From an uncultured Gemmatimonadales bacterium (GTDB lineage: Bacteria; Gemmatimonadota; Gemmatimonadetes; Longimicrobiales; RSA9), in NCBI GenBank assembly GCA_963708135.1, contig OY970192.1:3232001-3296000 (forward strand): a stretch of 64,000 nucleotides of DNA, given 5' to 3'. The position numbers and the translations under genes are program-made. Below the pieces are notes generated by a model. It saw nothing but the letters and a program-made list of their open reading frames with translations. It ran no database searches and had not been told where the DNA came from. This document shows, piece by piece, positions 20,209 to 29,719 of the stretch (its first letter is position 1; each line of letters opens with the position of its first letter).

Positions 20209-21561
20209 ATGAGCGAAGATGCGCGCTTCCCCGACGGCTTCCTCTGGGGCGCCGCGACGTCGGCGTACCAGATCGAGGGCTCGCCGCTGGCCGACGGCGC
20301 CGGGCCGAGCATCTGGCACCGCTTCTCGCACACGCCCGGCCGCACGCGGGACGGCGAGACTGGCGACCTGGCGTGCGACCACTACCACCGCTGGGAGCGC
20401 GACGTCGCCCTCATGGGCGAGCTGGGCCTCACGGCCTACCGCCTGAGCATCTCCTGGAGCCGCATCCTGCCGGAGGGGACAGGGCGCGTCAACCAGGCGG
20501 GGCTCGACTTCTACAGCCGGCTCGTGGACGCGCTGCTCGAGCGCGGCATCACGCCGAACGTCACCCTCTACCACTGGGACCTGCCCGCGGCGCTCGACGA
20601 CCGCGGCGGCTGGCTCAACCGCAACGTGGCCGGCTGGTTCGCCGACTACGCGCAGGTGGTCTTCCGCGCCCTCGACGACCGCGTCCGGCTCTGGGCCACG
20701 CTCAACGAGCCGTGGGTGGTGAGCGATGGCGGCTACCTGCGCGGCGCGCTCGCGCCCGGCCACGCCAACCTGTTCGAGGCCCCGCGCGCCAGCCACAACC
20801 TGCTGCGCGCGCACGGCGCGGCCGTGGACGCGTACCGCGCGGAGGGCAGGCACGAGATCGGCATCGTCGTCAACCTCGAGCCCAAGTACCCGGCCTCCGA
20901 CAGCGACGCCGACCGCGCGGCTACGCGGCGCGCGGACGCCTACATGAACCGGCAGTACCTGGACGCCGTCTTCCTCGGGCACTACCCGGAGGAGATGGCG
21001 GAGATCTTCGGCGAGGCGTGGCCGGACGTGGCGGCGGCGGACCTGGACGCCATCCGCCGGCCGATCGACTTCCTGGGGATCAACTACTACACCCGCAGCG
21101 TGACACGCGACGATCCCGCCGCGCCCCCCGTGCGCGCCTCCAGTGTCCGGCAGCCGCAGAGCGCCTACACCGAGACCGGCTGGGAGGTCTACCCGCCCGC
21201 GCTCACCGACGTGCTCGTGTGGGTCAGGGAGCGCTACGGCGCGCCGCCGACCTACATCACCGAGAACGGCGCCGCGTTCTACGATCCGCCGCGGCCGGTC
21301 GAGGGGCGGATCGACGACCCGCTGCGCGTGGCCTACCTGCGCGACCACCTGCGCGCCGGCCGCGAGGCCATGCGGCGCGGCGTGGACCTGCGCGGCTACT
21401 TCGCCTGGTCGCTGCTCGACAACTACGAGTGGAGCCTCGGCTACTCGAAGCGCTTCGGCCTCGTTCACGTGGACTACACGACCCTCGAGCGGACCGTCAA
21501 GGCGAGCGGGCGGTTCTACGCCGACGTCGTCCGGACGAACGGAGCCGTCCTGGCGGATTGA
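20209..21561 (+). CDS. GH1 beta-glucosidase
   Basis: [33 protein letters not shown]. Confidence 0.96.
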   Translation: MSEDARFPDGFLWGAATSAYQIEGSPLADGAGPSIWHRFSHTPGRTRDGETGDLACDHYHRWERDVALMGELGLTAYRLSISWSRILPEGTGRVNQAGLDFYSRLVDALLERGITPNVTLYHWDLPAALDDRGGWLNRNVAGWFADYAQVVFRALDDRVRLWATLNEPWVVSDGGYLRGALAPGHANLFEAPRASHNLLRAHGAAVDAYRAEGRHEIGIVVNLEPKYPASDSDADRAATRRADAYMNRQYLDAVFLGHYPEEMAEIFGEAWPDVAAADLDAIRRPIDFLGINYYTRSVTRDDPAAPPVRASSVRQPQSAYTETGWEVYPPALTDVLVWVRERYGAPPTYITENGAAFYDPPRPVEGRIDDPLRVAYLRDHLRAGREAMRRGVDLRGYFAWSLLDNYEWSLGYSKRFGLVHVDYTTLERTVKASGRFYADVVRTNGAVLAD

Positions 21562-21570
21562 GCCGGCACC

Positions 21571-22090
21571 GCGGAGGCGGGCGGGCGCCCCCTCGGGGCC
21601 AGCACCGTCCTCGCGGCTCCGCCGCTGCGGTCGGCGAATGTCCCCTCCGGGGCGCCCGCCCGCCTCCGCTCCAGCCACCACGCGCGTCGGATCCCTCGCC
21701 AGGCCGGCGCCGCGGCGCGTGTTGAGGGGGACGGTACTGGCAAGCAGGTGGATCTTGCCTCGGGGGTCCCGGCCGGACTCGGCGGGGGCGCGTGTGGGGC
21801 ACCGACGCGAGAGGGCGCGGCCAAGGGCGGGTCGCTCGTCGGCGGCGGTGGGAGGCGCCGGACACACCGGCGTATGGGCGCCGCGGAAATCCACCGGCGC
21901 GTACGGAGGCCGGGATCGGCTCCCACTCCCCCACTCTCCCACTTGCCCACTCTCGCGCTTCGGCGCGCGCCGCGGCCGCCGCCACGCGCCGCGGGCGATG
22001 CTTCGCCCGGTGAGGCCGGCGGAAATCCGCGCGCGCTTGCGGTCGCCGGAAGCGGCTCCCACTCCCCCACTCTCCCACTCCCCCACTCTC
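21571..22090. repeat. Composite intergenic element: 21-bp inverted repeat plus two GCGGAAATCC...(CCCACTCY)n modules
   Basis: IR 21571-21591/21649-21669; 8-mer tracts 21921-21954 and 22057-22090; blocks homologous to 27278-27965. Confidence 0.8.
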
Positions 22091-22091
22091 A

Positions 22092-25000
22092 TCACCGGTA
22101 CCTCAGCTCCACCACCGCCGGCATCCGCGTGCCCGGCGGGACGCGCACATACCCATCCTCCAGCGCGACCTTCCGGCCGTTCAGCAGCGCGGCGGCCAGG
22201 GGCCGGCCGATCTCGGGCGGGCGCAGCAGGAGCCCGGCGGCCGGAACCCGGAAGGGGCCGGCGGGTGCGGCGCGGACGGCGAGGGTCGCGTGGACGACGT
22301 CGCCCGAGCGGGTCATGCGGAGATCCAGCGAGCCGTAGCGCGTGCGCAGCCCCTCGATGCGGAGGCCGGGGCCGACGAGCCAGGAGGCGTCCACGGCGGC
22401 GCCGAGGACGAGGGCGCCATCGCGGGCGCGGACGTAGGCCAGCATGTCGAGCACGGAGCGGATGAAGTCGGTGCCGACCCAGGCGTGCGGGATGTCGCCG
22501 ATGAAGCGGGGCAGGGCCGCGTCGTGCCAGACGACCTCCGCCCACGCGTTCCAGGCGGGCGGGCGGCGGCCGCGCATGAGGAAATCGGCCAGCGCGTGGG
22601 CGCGCGCGGGCTCGCCCAGCCGCACGAACGCGCCGACGCCGCGCCACTCGTACGGCGTGTAGGCGTCCCACGCGGTGTCGCCGGCGGCGCGCGCGCGGAC
22701 GAAGCGGAAGTAGCGCTCGAAGGTGTTCCGCAGCGCGGGCTCGGGCAGCCATGGCAGCCCGCCCGCGGGCTCGAGACCGATGGTGGTCGAGGTCGCATCG
22801 AAGTCGCCGAGCTCGGCGGAGCCGGGGATGTAGTCGATCCCGTGCTCCCGCATCGACAGGCGCATGGAGGCCAGGATGTCGGCCTGGAAGGTGTCGGCCT
22901 TCAGCGAGATGGCGCGGCCGAGCCCGGGCCGGCCGAGCGTGTCGGCCAGCCACGCCGCGTCGCGATAGCCGACGAGCCCCCACAGGTCGTCCCAGTACGA
23001 GTGCTCCGGGTGCGCCGAGTAGCCCTCGTGGCTGATCGACGCGGGCAGCAGCCCGAAGAACTTCCGCCCCTCCCCTTCCCGCTCGGTCGGTCCCATCTGG
23101 CTCGCCCGGAGCGAGTCCATGTAGGCGACGGCGCCCGCGACGTGCTCCCATTCCTCCGCCGCCAGCGCCGTATCGCCCGTGAAGCGGACGTACTCGGCGA
23201 TGAGGTGGATGAGCTCGCCGTGGCTGTCGTTTTCGGGCACGGGATCCGCGCCGCGGTGGTCCACGCAGCACGGCACCTTGCCATCCGGGAACTGGTAGGG
23301 CGCGTACCAGCGGATGAACGCGGCCACGGGCGCCACGTCGCCGAGGCGGAGCAGCGCGTTCGAGATGAGCGCGCCATCGCGGATCCACGCGCGGGCGTAG
23401 GCGCGCGAGCCGGGCTGGAGCGCGGCGCCATCGGCGTCGATCAGGACGTACGCGTGGTTCGCGCGGATGGCACGCGCCAGCGCCGCGCCCCGGCCCGGCA
23501 GCTCGATCCGGACGCGGCCGAGCCGGGTCCGCCACGCGGCTATGGTGGCGGCGAGCAGGGAGTCGGCGGGCGCGAGCGCGCGGGCGGAGGGAGTCGGGGC
23601 ACCTGGATTCGCGCCGGTCGCCGCCGCCTCGCCGAGTCCCGCGGCGGCGACGCCGGGGGCCACCGGCGCATCCGCATAGAACGGCGCGGCGATCCACACG
23701 TCCCTCGCCTCGCCCGGTCTCAGCGAAAGGGAATAGCCGAGCGCGCCGCCGGCATGGTGGAACGGGTCGTGGACGGAATCTGCGGGCGGCACGGTGCCAC
23801 GTGCGAGCCAGTCGGGGACGGCGCCCATGTGGAAGGTGGTGGCGCCGAAGCTGTCGGGCGGCGTGAGCAGGACGAGGCGGCGCTCGCCATCGACCTCGAT
23901 CGTGCGGCCGTGGCGGGCGACGTCCGTGACCTCGGCCACGCCGCCGGGCGTGTTCAGGAACTGCCACGGCGGGTTCACCTGGAAGGCGCGCAGGGCGAGG
24001 AACAGGGTGAGGCGGCGCGGCCGGCGGGAGCGGTTCTCCACGCGGTAGCGGGCGTAGAGGGTGGAGCCGCCGGTGTCGCCCGCGGTGAAGGCGGTCACGG
24101 TGAGCCCCAGCGAGTCGGCGCTCCAGCGGACGGACGGCACGGGCACGTCGCCATCGGGGAGCGACTGCGCGGTGGCCGCATCGGCCCAGCCGAGGAGCCG
24201 GCCATCGGCGTGGAGGAACGGCTCGATGGAGAAGGAGGCCTGGCGCGTCTCGAGGCGGCCGTCGGTGTCGAGCAGCGCCTCGCGCCGGTCGGCCGCGGCG
24301 CCGACCACGGTCCAGTACGTCTGGAGGCCGAGGTAGGCGCGCGGGAAGCGGCCGCGGGGCGAGGCGCGGGCGATGCCCTCGAAGAAGGTGTCGATGGAAG
24401 CGCCGAAGGCGACGGGCTCGACCGTGAGCTCGCGGAGGGAGTAGGTGCCGGGACTCGTGGTTCGGGGGTCGGGGCTCGGGGCGGCCGCGGCGCTCGCCGC
24501 GGGCCGCAGCAGGACGAGGCGGAGGTATCTCGCCTCGGAGTCCGGCAGATAGAGCCAGTCGCGGCCGCCGTCGCTCTGACGGACGGAGTCCACGGTCTCC
24601 CAGCGCGCGCCGTCGCCGGAGAGCTGGACATCGTAGTCGGCGGCGTGCGGCTCGCCCCAGTCGAGCGCGAGGCCGCCGAACTCGCGGCGCTCGAGGAAGT
24701 CTAGCGTGAGCGTCTCGCGGCCGCCGGGCGCGTGCCAGGCGGTGGCGGTGTCGCCGTCGAGGGCGTTCCGGGGGCCGGCGCCGGGCAGCGACGCCGTCGC
24801 CTGGACGGTGGGCGTGCGGGTGTAGGGGTGCGGCGGCGGCAGCGGGCGCAGCACCAGGTCCGCGATCCAGACGGTGCCCTTGCCGCCCGTCCCGGCGGTC
24901 ACGACGAGCTCCATGCTGGCGGCGTGGCGGATCTCGCCGCCGCCGGCCGGCCCCCAGGCGAAGTGGATCTGGCGCTTGCGGGTGATCAGCGTGCGCCACG

Positions 25001-25427
25001 CCTCCGGGAAGTGGAAGAGCAGGCGGTCGTCCCACCAGACGTTTTCACCGCTCGCGTCGATCAGCTTGAACTCGAGGTTCTCCGGCGGCGCCCTGCCGCG
25101 GACGCGGAAGGTGAACTCGTAGTTCTCCGGCAGGTCCAGGTCGAGCGCGCGCCGGGCGATGGCGTAGCCGGCGTGGCCGTGGAAATCGAAGTCCAGGCGC
25201 ATGGTGGGGACGCCGTCCACGGTGTCGGCCGTGATCTCCAGCGTGACGCCGTCCGAGGGGTGGGGCGACCAGGCCTGGACGGTCGTGAAGGCATCCAGCG
25301 TCGCGGCCCCGGCGGGCTGCTGCTGGCCGGCGGACGGGCCAGGGAGGAGCAGGACGCCGGCGAGGAGCAGGACGGCGGAAGCCGCCTCCCCCTTCCCCCA
25401 CCCGACGCGGGGCCGGCGCCCGCTCAC
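22092..25427 (-). CDS. Secreted discoidin (F5/8 type C) domain protein with C-terminal (alpha/alpha)6 glycoside-hydrolase-like domain
   Basis: GTG overlaps the permease stop; signal peptide; NALDGDTATAW, LSGDGARW; YARAWIRDG, SISHEGY, HSYWDD. Confidence 0.8.
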   Translation of the reverse strand: MSGRRPRVGWGKGEAASAVLLLAGVLLLPGPSAGQQQPAGAATLDAFTTVQAWSPHPSDGVTLEITADTVDGVPTMRLDFDFHGHAGYAIARRALDLDLPENYEFTFRVRGRAPPENLEFKLIDASGENVWWDDRLLFHFPEAWRTLITRKRQIHFAWGPAGGGEIRHAASMELVVTAGTGGKGTVWIADLVLRPLPPPHPYTRTPTVQATASLPGAGPRNALDGDTATAWHAPGGRETLTLDFLERREFGGLALDWGEPHAADYDVQLSGDGARWETVDSVRQSDGGRDWLYLPDSEARYLRLVLLRPAASAAAAPSPDPRTTSPGTYSLRELTVEPVAFGASIDTFFEGIARASPRGRFPRAYLGLQTYWTVVGAAADRREALLDTDGRLETRQASFSIEPFLHADGRLLGWADAATAQSLPDGDVPVPSVRWSADSLGLTVTAFTAGDTGGSTLYARYRVENRSRRPRRLTLFLALRAFQVNPPWQFLNTPGGVAEVTDVARHGRTIEVDGERRLVLLTPPDSFGATTFHMGAVPDWLARGTVPPADSVHDPFHHAGGALGYSLSLRPGEARDVWIAAPFYADAPVAPGVAAAGLGEAAATGANPGAPTPSARALAPADSLLAATIAAWRTRLGRVRIELPGRGAALARAIRANHAYVLIDADGAALQPGSRAYARAWIRDGALISNALLRLGDVAPVAAFIRWYAPYQFPDGKVPCCVDHRGADPVPENDSHGELIHLIAEYVRFTGDTALAAEEWEHVAGAVAYMDSLRASQMGPTEREGEGRKFFGLLPASISHEGYSAHPEHSYWDDLWGLVGYRDAAWLADTLGRPGLGRAISLKADTFQADILASMRLSMREHGIDYIPGSAELGDFDATSTTIGLEPAGGLPWLPEPALRNTFERYFRFVRARAAGDTAWDAYTPYEWRGVGAFVRLGEPARAHALADFLMRGRRPPAWNAWAEVVWHDAALPRFIGDIPHAWVGTDFIRSVLDMLAYVRARDGALVLGAAVDASWLVGPGLRIEGLRTRYGSLDLRMTRSGDVVHATLAVRAAPAGPFRVPAAGLLLRPPEIGRPLAAALLNGRKVALEDGYVRVPPGTRMPAVVELRYR

Positions 25428-26245
25428 CCTTTGACGCTCCCCAGCATGATGCCCTGGATGTAGTAGCGCTGGAGCACGAGGAAGACGGCGAGGACGGGGG
25501 CGACGGTCAGGACGGCGCCGGCCATCATGAGCTCGGTGTCCATGACGTGCTCGCCGGAAAGGTTGGCGAGGGCGACGGGCAGCGTGTAGTGGGCGGCGTC
25601 GCTGAGCACGATGAGGGGCCACATGAAGTCGTTCCAGGTGGCCAGGAAGGTCCAGATGGCGAGGGTGGCGAGGATCGGCGCGATGACGGGGAGCACGATG
25701 GCCGTGTAGATCCTCCACTCGGAGGCGCCGTCGATGCGGGCGGCGTCGAGCAGGTCGTCGGGCAGCGCGATGGTATACTGGCGGACGAGGAAGATGCCGA
25801 AGATGCTGGCCAGCCCGGGCAGGATCACGCCGGCGTAGCTGTTGATGAGGTGGAGCTCCTTCATGAGCAGGAAGAGCGGCAGCATCGAGACCTGGACGGG
25901 CACGAGCAGCCCGGCGCTGAGGGCGCGGAAGGCGCGGTCGCGGTGGCGGAAGCGGAGCTTGGCGAAGGCGTAGCCGGCCATCGAGTTCACGACCAGCGAG
26001 AACAGCGTGACGGCGCTGGCGATGAGGGTGCTGTTCAGGAAGTCGCGGCCGAGCGCCAGGCGGGTGAAGAGGTCGCGGTAGTGGGCGAAGGTGACGTGGC
26101 GCGGGAACAGGTGCGGCGGGTACGTGTTGGCCTCGCCCGTCGGCATGAGGGAGGCGGAGACCATCCAGACGAGCGGGATCAGGCAGAGGATCGCGCCGAG
26201 CACGAGGAGCGTGTAGAGAAGGAGGCCGGGAAGACGTCGCCTCAC
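25424..26245 (-). CDS. Carbohydrate ABC permease (MalG-like)
   Basis: LLDAARIDGASE loop, WNDFMWP; GTG overlaps the upstream stop. Confidence 0.93.
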   Translation of the reverse strand: MRRRLPGLLLYTLLVLGAILCLIPLVWMVSASLMPTGEANTYPPHLFPRHVTFAHYRDLFTRLALGRDFLNSTLIASAVTLFSLVVNSMAGYAFAKLRFRHRDRAFRALSAGLLVPVQVSMLPLFLLMKELHLINSYAGVILPGLASIFGIFLVRQYTIALPDDLLDAARIDGASEWRIYTAIVLPVIAPILATLAIWTFLATWNDFMWPLIVLSDAAHYTLPVALANLSGEHVMDTELMMAGAVLTVAPVLAVFLVLQRYYIQGIMLGSVKG

Positions 26246-27210
26246 GGGGCCTCCGAGCGCTGGAGCCGCACCTGCACGAGCGTGAAGGCGATGATGATGA
26301 GGAAGAGGATGAAGGCGATGGCGGCGGCGAAGCCCATGCGCCACCAGCGGAATCCCTGCTGGTACATGTAGAGGACCATGCTGAGGGTGCTGTTCAGCGG
26401 GCCGCCGGAGGTCATGACGTACGGCTCGGCGAAGAGCTGGAAGTAGCCGATCATGGTGACCACGCCGACGAAGAGCATGGTGGGCCCGAGCATCGGCCAT
26501 GTGACGTGGCGGAATCGGCGCACGGCGCCGGCGCCATCCAGCTCGGCGGCCTCGTACAGATCGCGCGGGATGGCCTGCAGCCCGGCGATGAAGATGAGCA
26601 TGTTGTAGCCGAAGTTCTTCCACACGGCCATGACGATGATGGCGCCCAGCGCGGTGTGCGGGTTGCCGAGCCAGTCTACGGGCGGGATGCCGAAGGCGCC
26701 GAGCCCGTAGTTGAGCAGCCCGTACTTCGCGTGGTAGAGGTAGCGCCAGACGATGGCGACGGCGACGAGCGTGGTGACGAAGGGCGTGAAGTAGACGGTG
26801 CGGAATAAGCCGCGGAAGCGGACGAGCGGCGCGTTCAGGAGCAGCGCCGCGCCGAGCGAGGCGGCCACGGTGAGCGGACCGCCGATGAGCGCGAACTCGA
26901 GGGTGTTGCGCAGCGCGAGCCAGAAGTCGCCGGTGTGCAGCAGCGTCAGGTAGTTGGCCAGGCCGACCAGGCGGACGTTGTGCGGGTCGGCGACGGCGTA
27001 GATGTCGAAGTCGCTGAAGCTGAGCAGGAACGAGGCGGCGATCGGCAGGAAGAAGAAGACGCCGATGAGGACGAGCGCCGGCGCGACGAACCACCACCCG
27101 GCGCTGCCGGCCCCTGGCTCCGCCAGGCGACGCCGGCGTCCGCGCGGCGCCGGCGCGGGAGCGGCGAGCGCGGAGTCGGCGAGGTGCTCGGCGCGGGAGC
27201 CTTCGGTCAT
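26242..27210 (-). CDS. Carbohydrate ABC permease (MalF-like)
   Basis: VWKNFGYNM, LYEAAELDGAG. Confidence 0.93.
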   Translation of the reverse strand: MTEGSRAEHLADSALAAPAPAPRGRRRRLAEPGAGSAGWWFVAPALVLIGVFFFLPIAASFLLSFSDFDIYAVADPHNVRLVGLANYLTLLHTGDFWLALRNTLEFALIGGPLTVAASLGAALLLNAPLVRFRGLFRTVYFTPFVTTLVAVAIVWRYLYHAKYGLLNYGLGAFGIPPVDWLGNPHTALGAIIVMAVWKNFGYNMLIFIAGLQAIPRDLYEAAELDGAGAVRRFRHVTWPMLGPTMLFVGVVTMIGYFQLFAEPYVMTSGGPLNSTLSMVLYMYQQGFRWWRMGFAAAIAFILFLIIIAFTLVQVRLQRSEAP

Positions 27211-27277
27211 CGGCGCGGCTCACGGGCGCGGCGGCGGCGCACCGGCTCCGGGCGGTTCCGCTTGCCGGCGCGGCGTC

Positions 27278-27366
27278 GGTGGGCGGGCGCACCGGCGCGG
27301 CAGGAAATGCCCTCGCGGCTACGCCGCTCGGGACATTTGACAGCCGCGCCGGTGCGCCCACCCACC
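27278..27366. repeat. REP-like long hairpin (24-bp stem, inner GCGGCTACGCCGC hairpin)
   Basis: 27278-27301 is complementary to 27343-27366 with one mismatch. Confidence 0.8.
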
Positions 27367-27621
27367 TCCGCTGCGGGTTCCCGGAAAGGCGGACGCATCG
27401 CGGGGGCGGCGCCGCAGCCGGAGTGTTTGGGGACATCTTCGGTCGGCGCGTGGATCTTTCCTCGGGCTTCCCGGCCCGACCCGGCGACAGGCGGTGCGGC
27501 GCACCGCGGCGCACGGGCATGGCCGGGCGTGGGACGCTCGTCGGGGGCGACAGGCGGCGCGGCGCGCCGCGGCGCGCGGGCGCGGCTGGACGCGGGACGC
27601 TCGTCCGCAGCCGCAGCCGCA

Positions 27622-27965
27622 GCGCCGAACCCGGATGCCCGGGCGCACCCACGTGCGCCGCGGAAATCCGCCGGCGAATGCGGGCGCCCGGATCGGCTCC
27701 CACTCCCCCACTCCCCCACTCCCCCACTCTCGCCCGCGCCGGACCCGGATGCCCGGGCGCACCCACGTGCGCCGCGGAAATCCGCCGGCGAATGCGGGCG
27801 CCGGGATCGGCTCCCACTCCCCCACTCCCCCACTCCCCCACTCTCGCCCGCGCCGGACCCGGATGCCCGGGCGCACCCACGAGCGCCGCGGAGATCCGCC
27901 GGCGAATGCGGGCGCCCGGATCGGCTCCCACTCCCCCACTCCCCCACTCCCCCACTCTCGCCCGC
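27622..27965. repeat. Three tandem 114-bp repeats ending in (CCCACTCC)n
   Basis: CCCGGATGCCCGGGCGCACCCAC at 27630, 27744, 27858. Confidence 0.95.
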
Positions 27966-28012
27966 GGCTCCCGTCGCCGCGGCGCAAGGACAAGAGTGGG
28001 CCATTGTCGGGT

Positions 28013-29719
28013 TCAACGCGCGCCTCCGGCGGACTGCCGCGCCAGCATCCAGCGGCGCTTGGCGAGGACGGCGTCCACATCGCTGTCGAGCGCCTTCATG
28101 GCGGCATCGACCGGCATGCCACCGCGGATGATCTTCTCGCCGTAGTCGGCGAGAGTGTTCGAGATCAGCTCGATCTCGGGGACCTTGGGTAGCGGGCGCA
28201 CGCGCTGGAGCTGGAGCCAGAAGGCGTGGGCGTAGGGGTTGTCCACGAGGCTGGAGTCGCGCCACGCTGCGAGCGAGGGCGGCAGGTCGCCGGTCAGGTG
28301 GTAGAACTGGCGCTGCCGGTCGGGGCGGGACAGGAACTCGATCAGCTTCCACGCGGCGGCCGCGTGGCGCGAATGGCGGAAGACGGAGAGCGAGGAGCCG
28401 CCGGCCATCGAGATGCCGGGCCAGCTCGTGTCCGGGCTCGGCATCGGCGCGGTGCCCCACCGGGTCTGCAGGCTGTCGGGCAGGCGGTTCCGGAACTCGC
28501 TGATGTACCACGGGCCGCTGATGTACATGGCGAAGGTGCCGCGCGCGAACTCCTGGAAGATGTTCGAGATGTCGTTGTTCGAGACCGCCGGCGCCAGCCC
28601 GCGGCGGAAGAGGTCGACGTAGAAGGTGTAGCCGCGCTCGAAGGCGGGCGACTCGAAAGCGCCGTACCGGCCGCTGTCGCCGAGCACGGTGCCGCCGGTC
28701 GCCATGCCCATGATCATCGGCTGTGGCCACTCGTTGATGGGCAGCAGGATCGCCCAGCGGCCGGCGCCGCCCTGCGCCTTGAGCCGCTCCATGGCGCGCA
28801 GCCAGTCCGCCCACGTCTTCGGGAAGCTCGGGTAGCCGGCCTTCGCGAGCAGGTCCGTGCGGTAGAAGACGAGCCGCGTGTCGACGTACCAGGGGATGCC
28901 GTAGACGCTGTCGCCGATGACGTTGGTGTCCCAGATGCCGCGGAAGAAGTCGGCGGCGTGGAGCGTAGGCGACGCGGCCACCAGCGAGTCCAGCGGCAGC
29001 AGCGCATCGATGGCGGTGAACTCCGGGATCCACGTGTTGCCGATCTGCGCCACGTCCGGCGTGGCCTCGCCCACGAACGCGGTGAGCAGCTTCTCGTGCG
29101 CGGCCGTCCACGGGATCTGCTGGAGCTCGACGCGGATCCCCGGGTTCAGCTTCTCGAACTCGCGCACCATCGGTGCGACGACGTCGCCCTCGTGCCCCAT
29201 CGCCCAGAACCGCAGCGTCACCGGGCCGGGCGCGGGCCGGCCGGGGCGGGAACAGGCGGAGAGGCCCAGCAGTGCGAGGAGCAGCAGAGCGGCCCGAACA
29301 GATTCCGGCCCGCGCCTCCTGCCGGGCGGCTGCTGCGGTGGGGAGGCCCTCTCCGGCCCTGCGGAACGCTCGGCCCACCGCAACCACCTCCGCACCACCC
29401 ACCCCGCCACCTGCCTCGCGGACGGCAGTCCTCGGTCCTCCGAGGGCCTCCCCGCCTCCGCCCAACGCTCCAGGGGCCGGGCCATGCGCCGCGGCGCCCG
29501 ACGGGCCCGGGTGGTCCCGCCGGGCGGACCAGCGCGCCGCGTCAGCGCGGGACCGGCCCACGTGGTCTCCGCCGCCGAACCAGCGCGCGGCGTGGACGGG
29601 CGTCCCGAAGCGCGTGGCGCCGGGCGGCTCGCGCGGCGAGGCGAGGCTGGCCGCGCGCCCCCACTCCCCCACTCTCGCGCCAGCTGGCCGCGCCCCGGCG
29701 CGGCGCAGAGGCGCCGCAT
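28013..29719 (-). CDS. Sugar ABC substrate-binding lipoprotein (true start uncertain; conserved part begins near 29300)
   Basis: LLLLALLGLSAC lipobox, LRFWAMGHEG, QIPWTAAHEKLLTA, PWYVDTR. Confidence 0.88.
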   Translation of the reverse strand: MRRLCAAPGRGQLAREWGSGGARPASPRRASRPAPRASGRPSTPRAGSAAETTWAGPALTRRAGPPGGTTRARRAPRRMARPLERWAEAGRPSEDRGLPSARQVAGWVVRRWLRWAERSAGPERASPPQQPPGRRRGPESVRAALLLLALLGLSACSRPGRPAPGPVTLRFWAMGHEGDVVAPMVREFEKLNPGIRVELQQIPWTAAHEKLLTAFVGEATPDVAQIGNTWIPEFTAIDALLPLDSLVAASPTLHAADFFRGIWDTNVIGDSVYGIPWYVDTRLVFYRTDLLAKAGYPSFPKTWADWLRAMERLKAQGGAGRWAILLPINEWPQPMIMGMATGGTVLGDSGRYGAFESPAFERGYTFYVDLFRRGLAPAVSNNDISNIFQEFARGTFAMYISGPWYISEFRNRLPDSLQTRWGTAPMPSPDTSWPGISMAGGSSLSVFRHSRHAAAAWKLIEFLSRPDRQRQFYHLTGDLPPSLAAWRDSSLVDNPYAHAFWLQLQRVRPLPKVPEIELISNTLADYGEKIIRGGMPVDAAMKALDSDVDAVLAKRRWMLARQSAGGAR

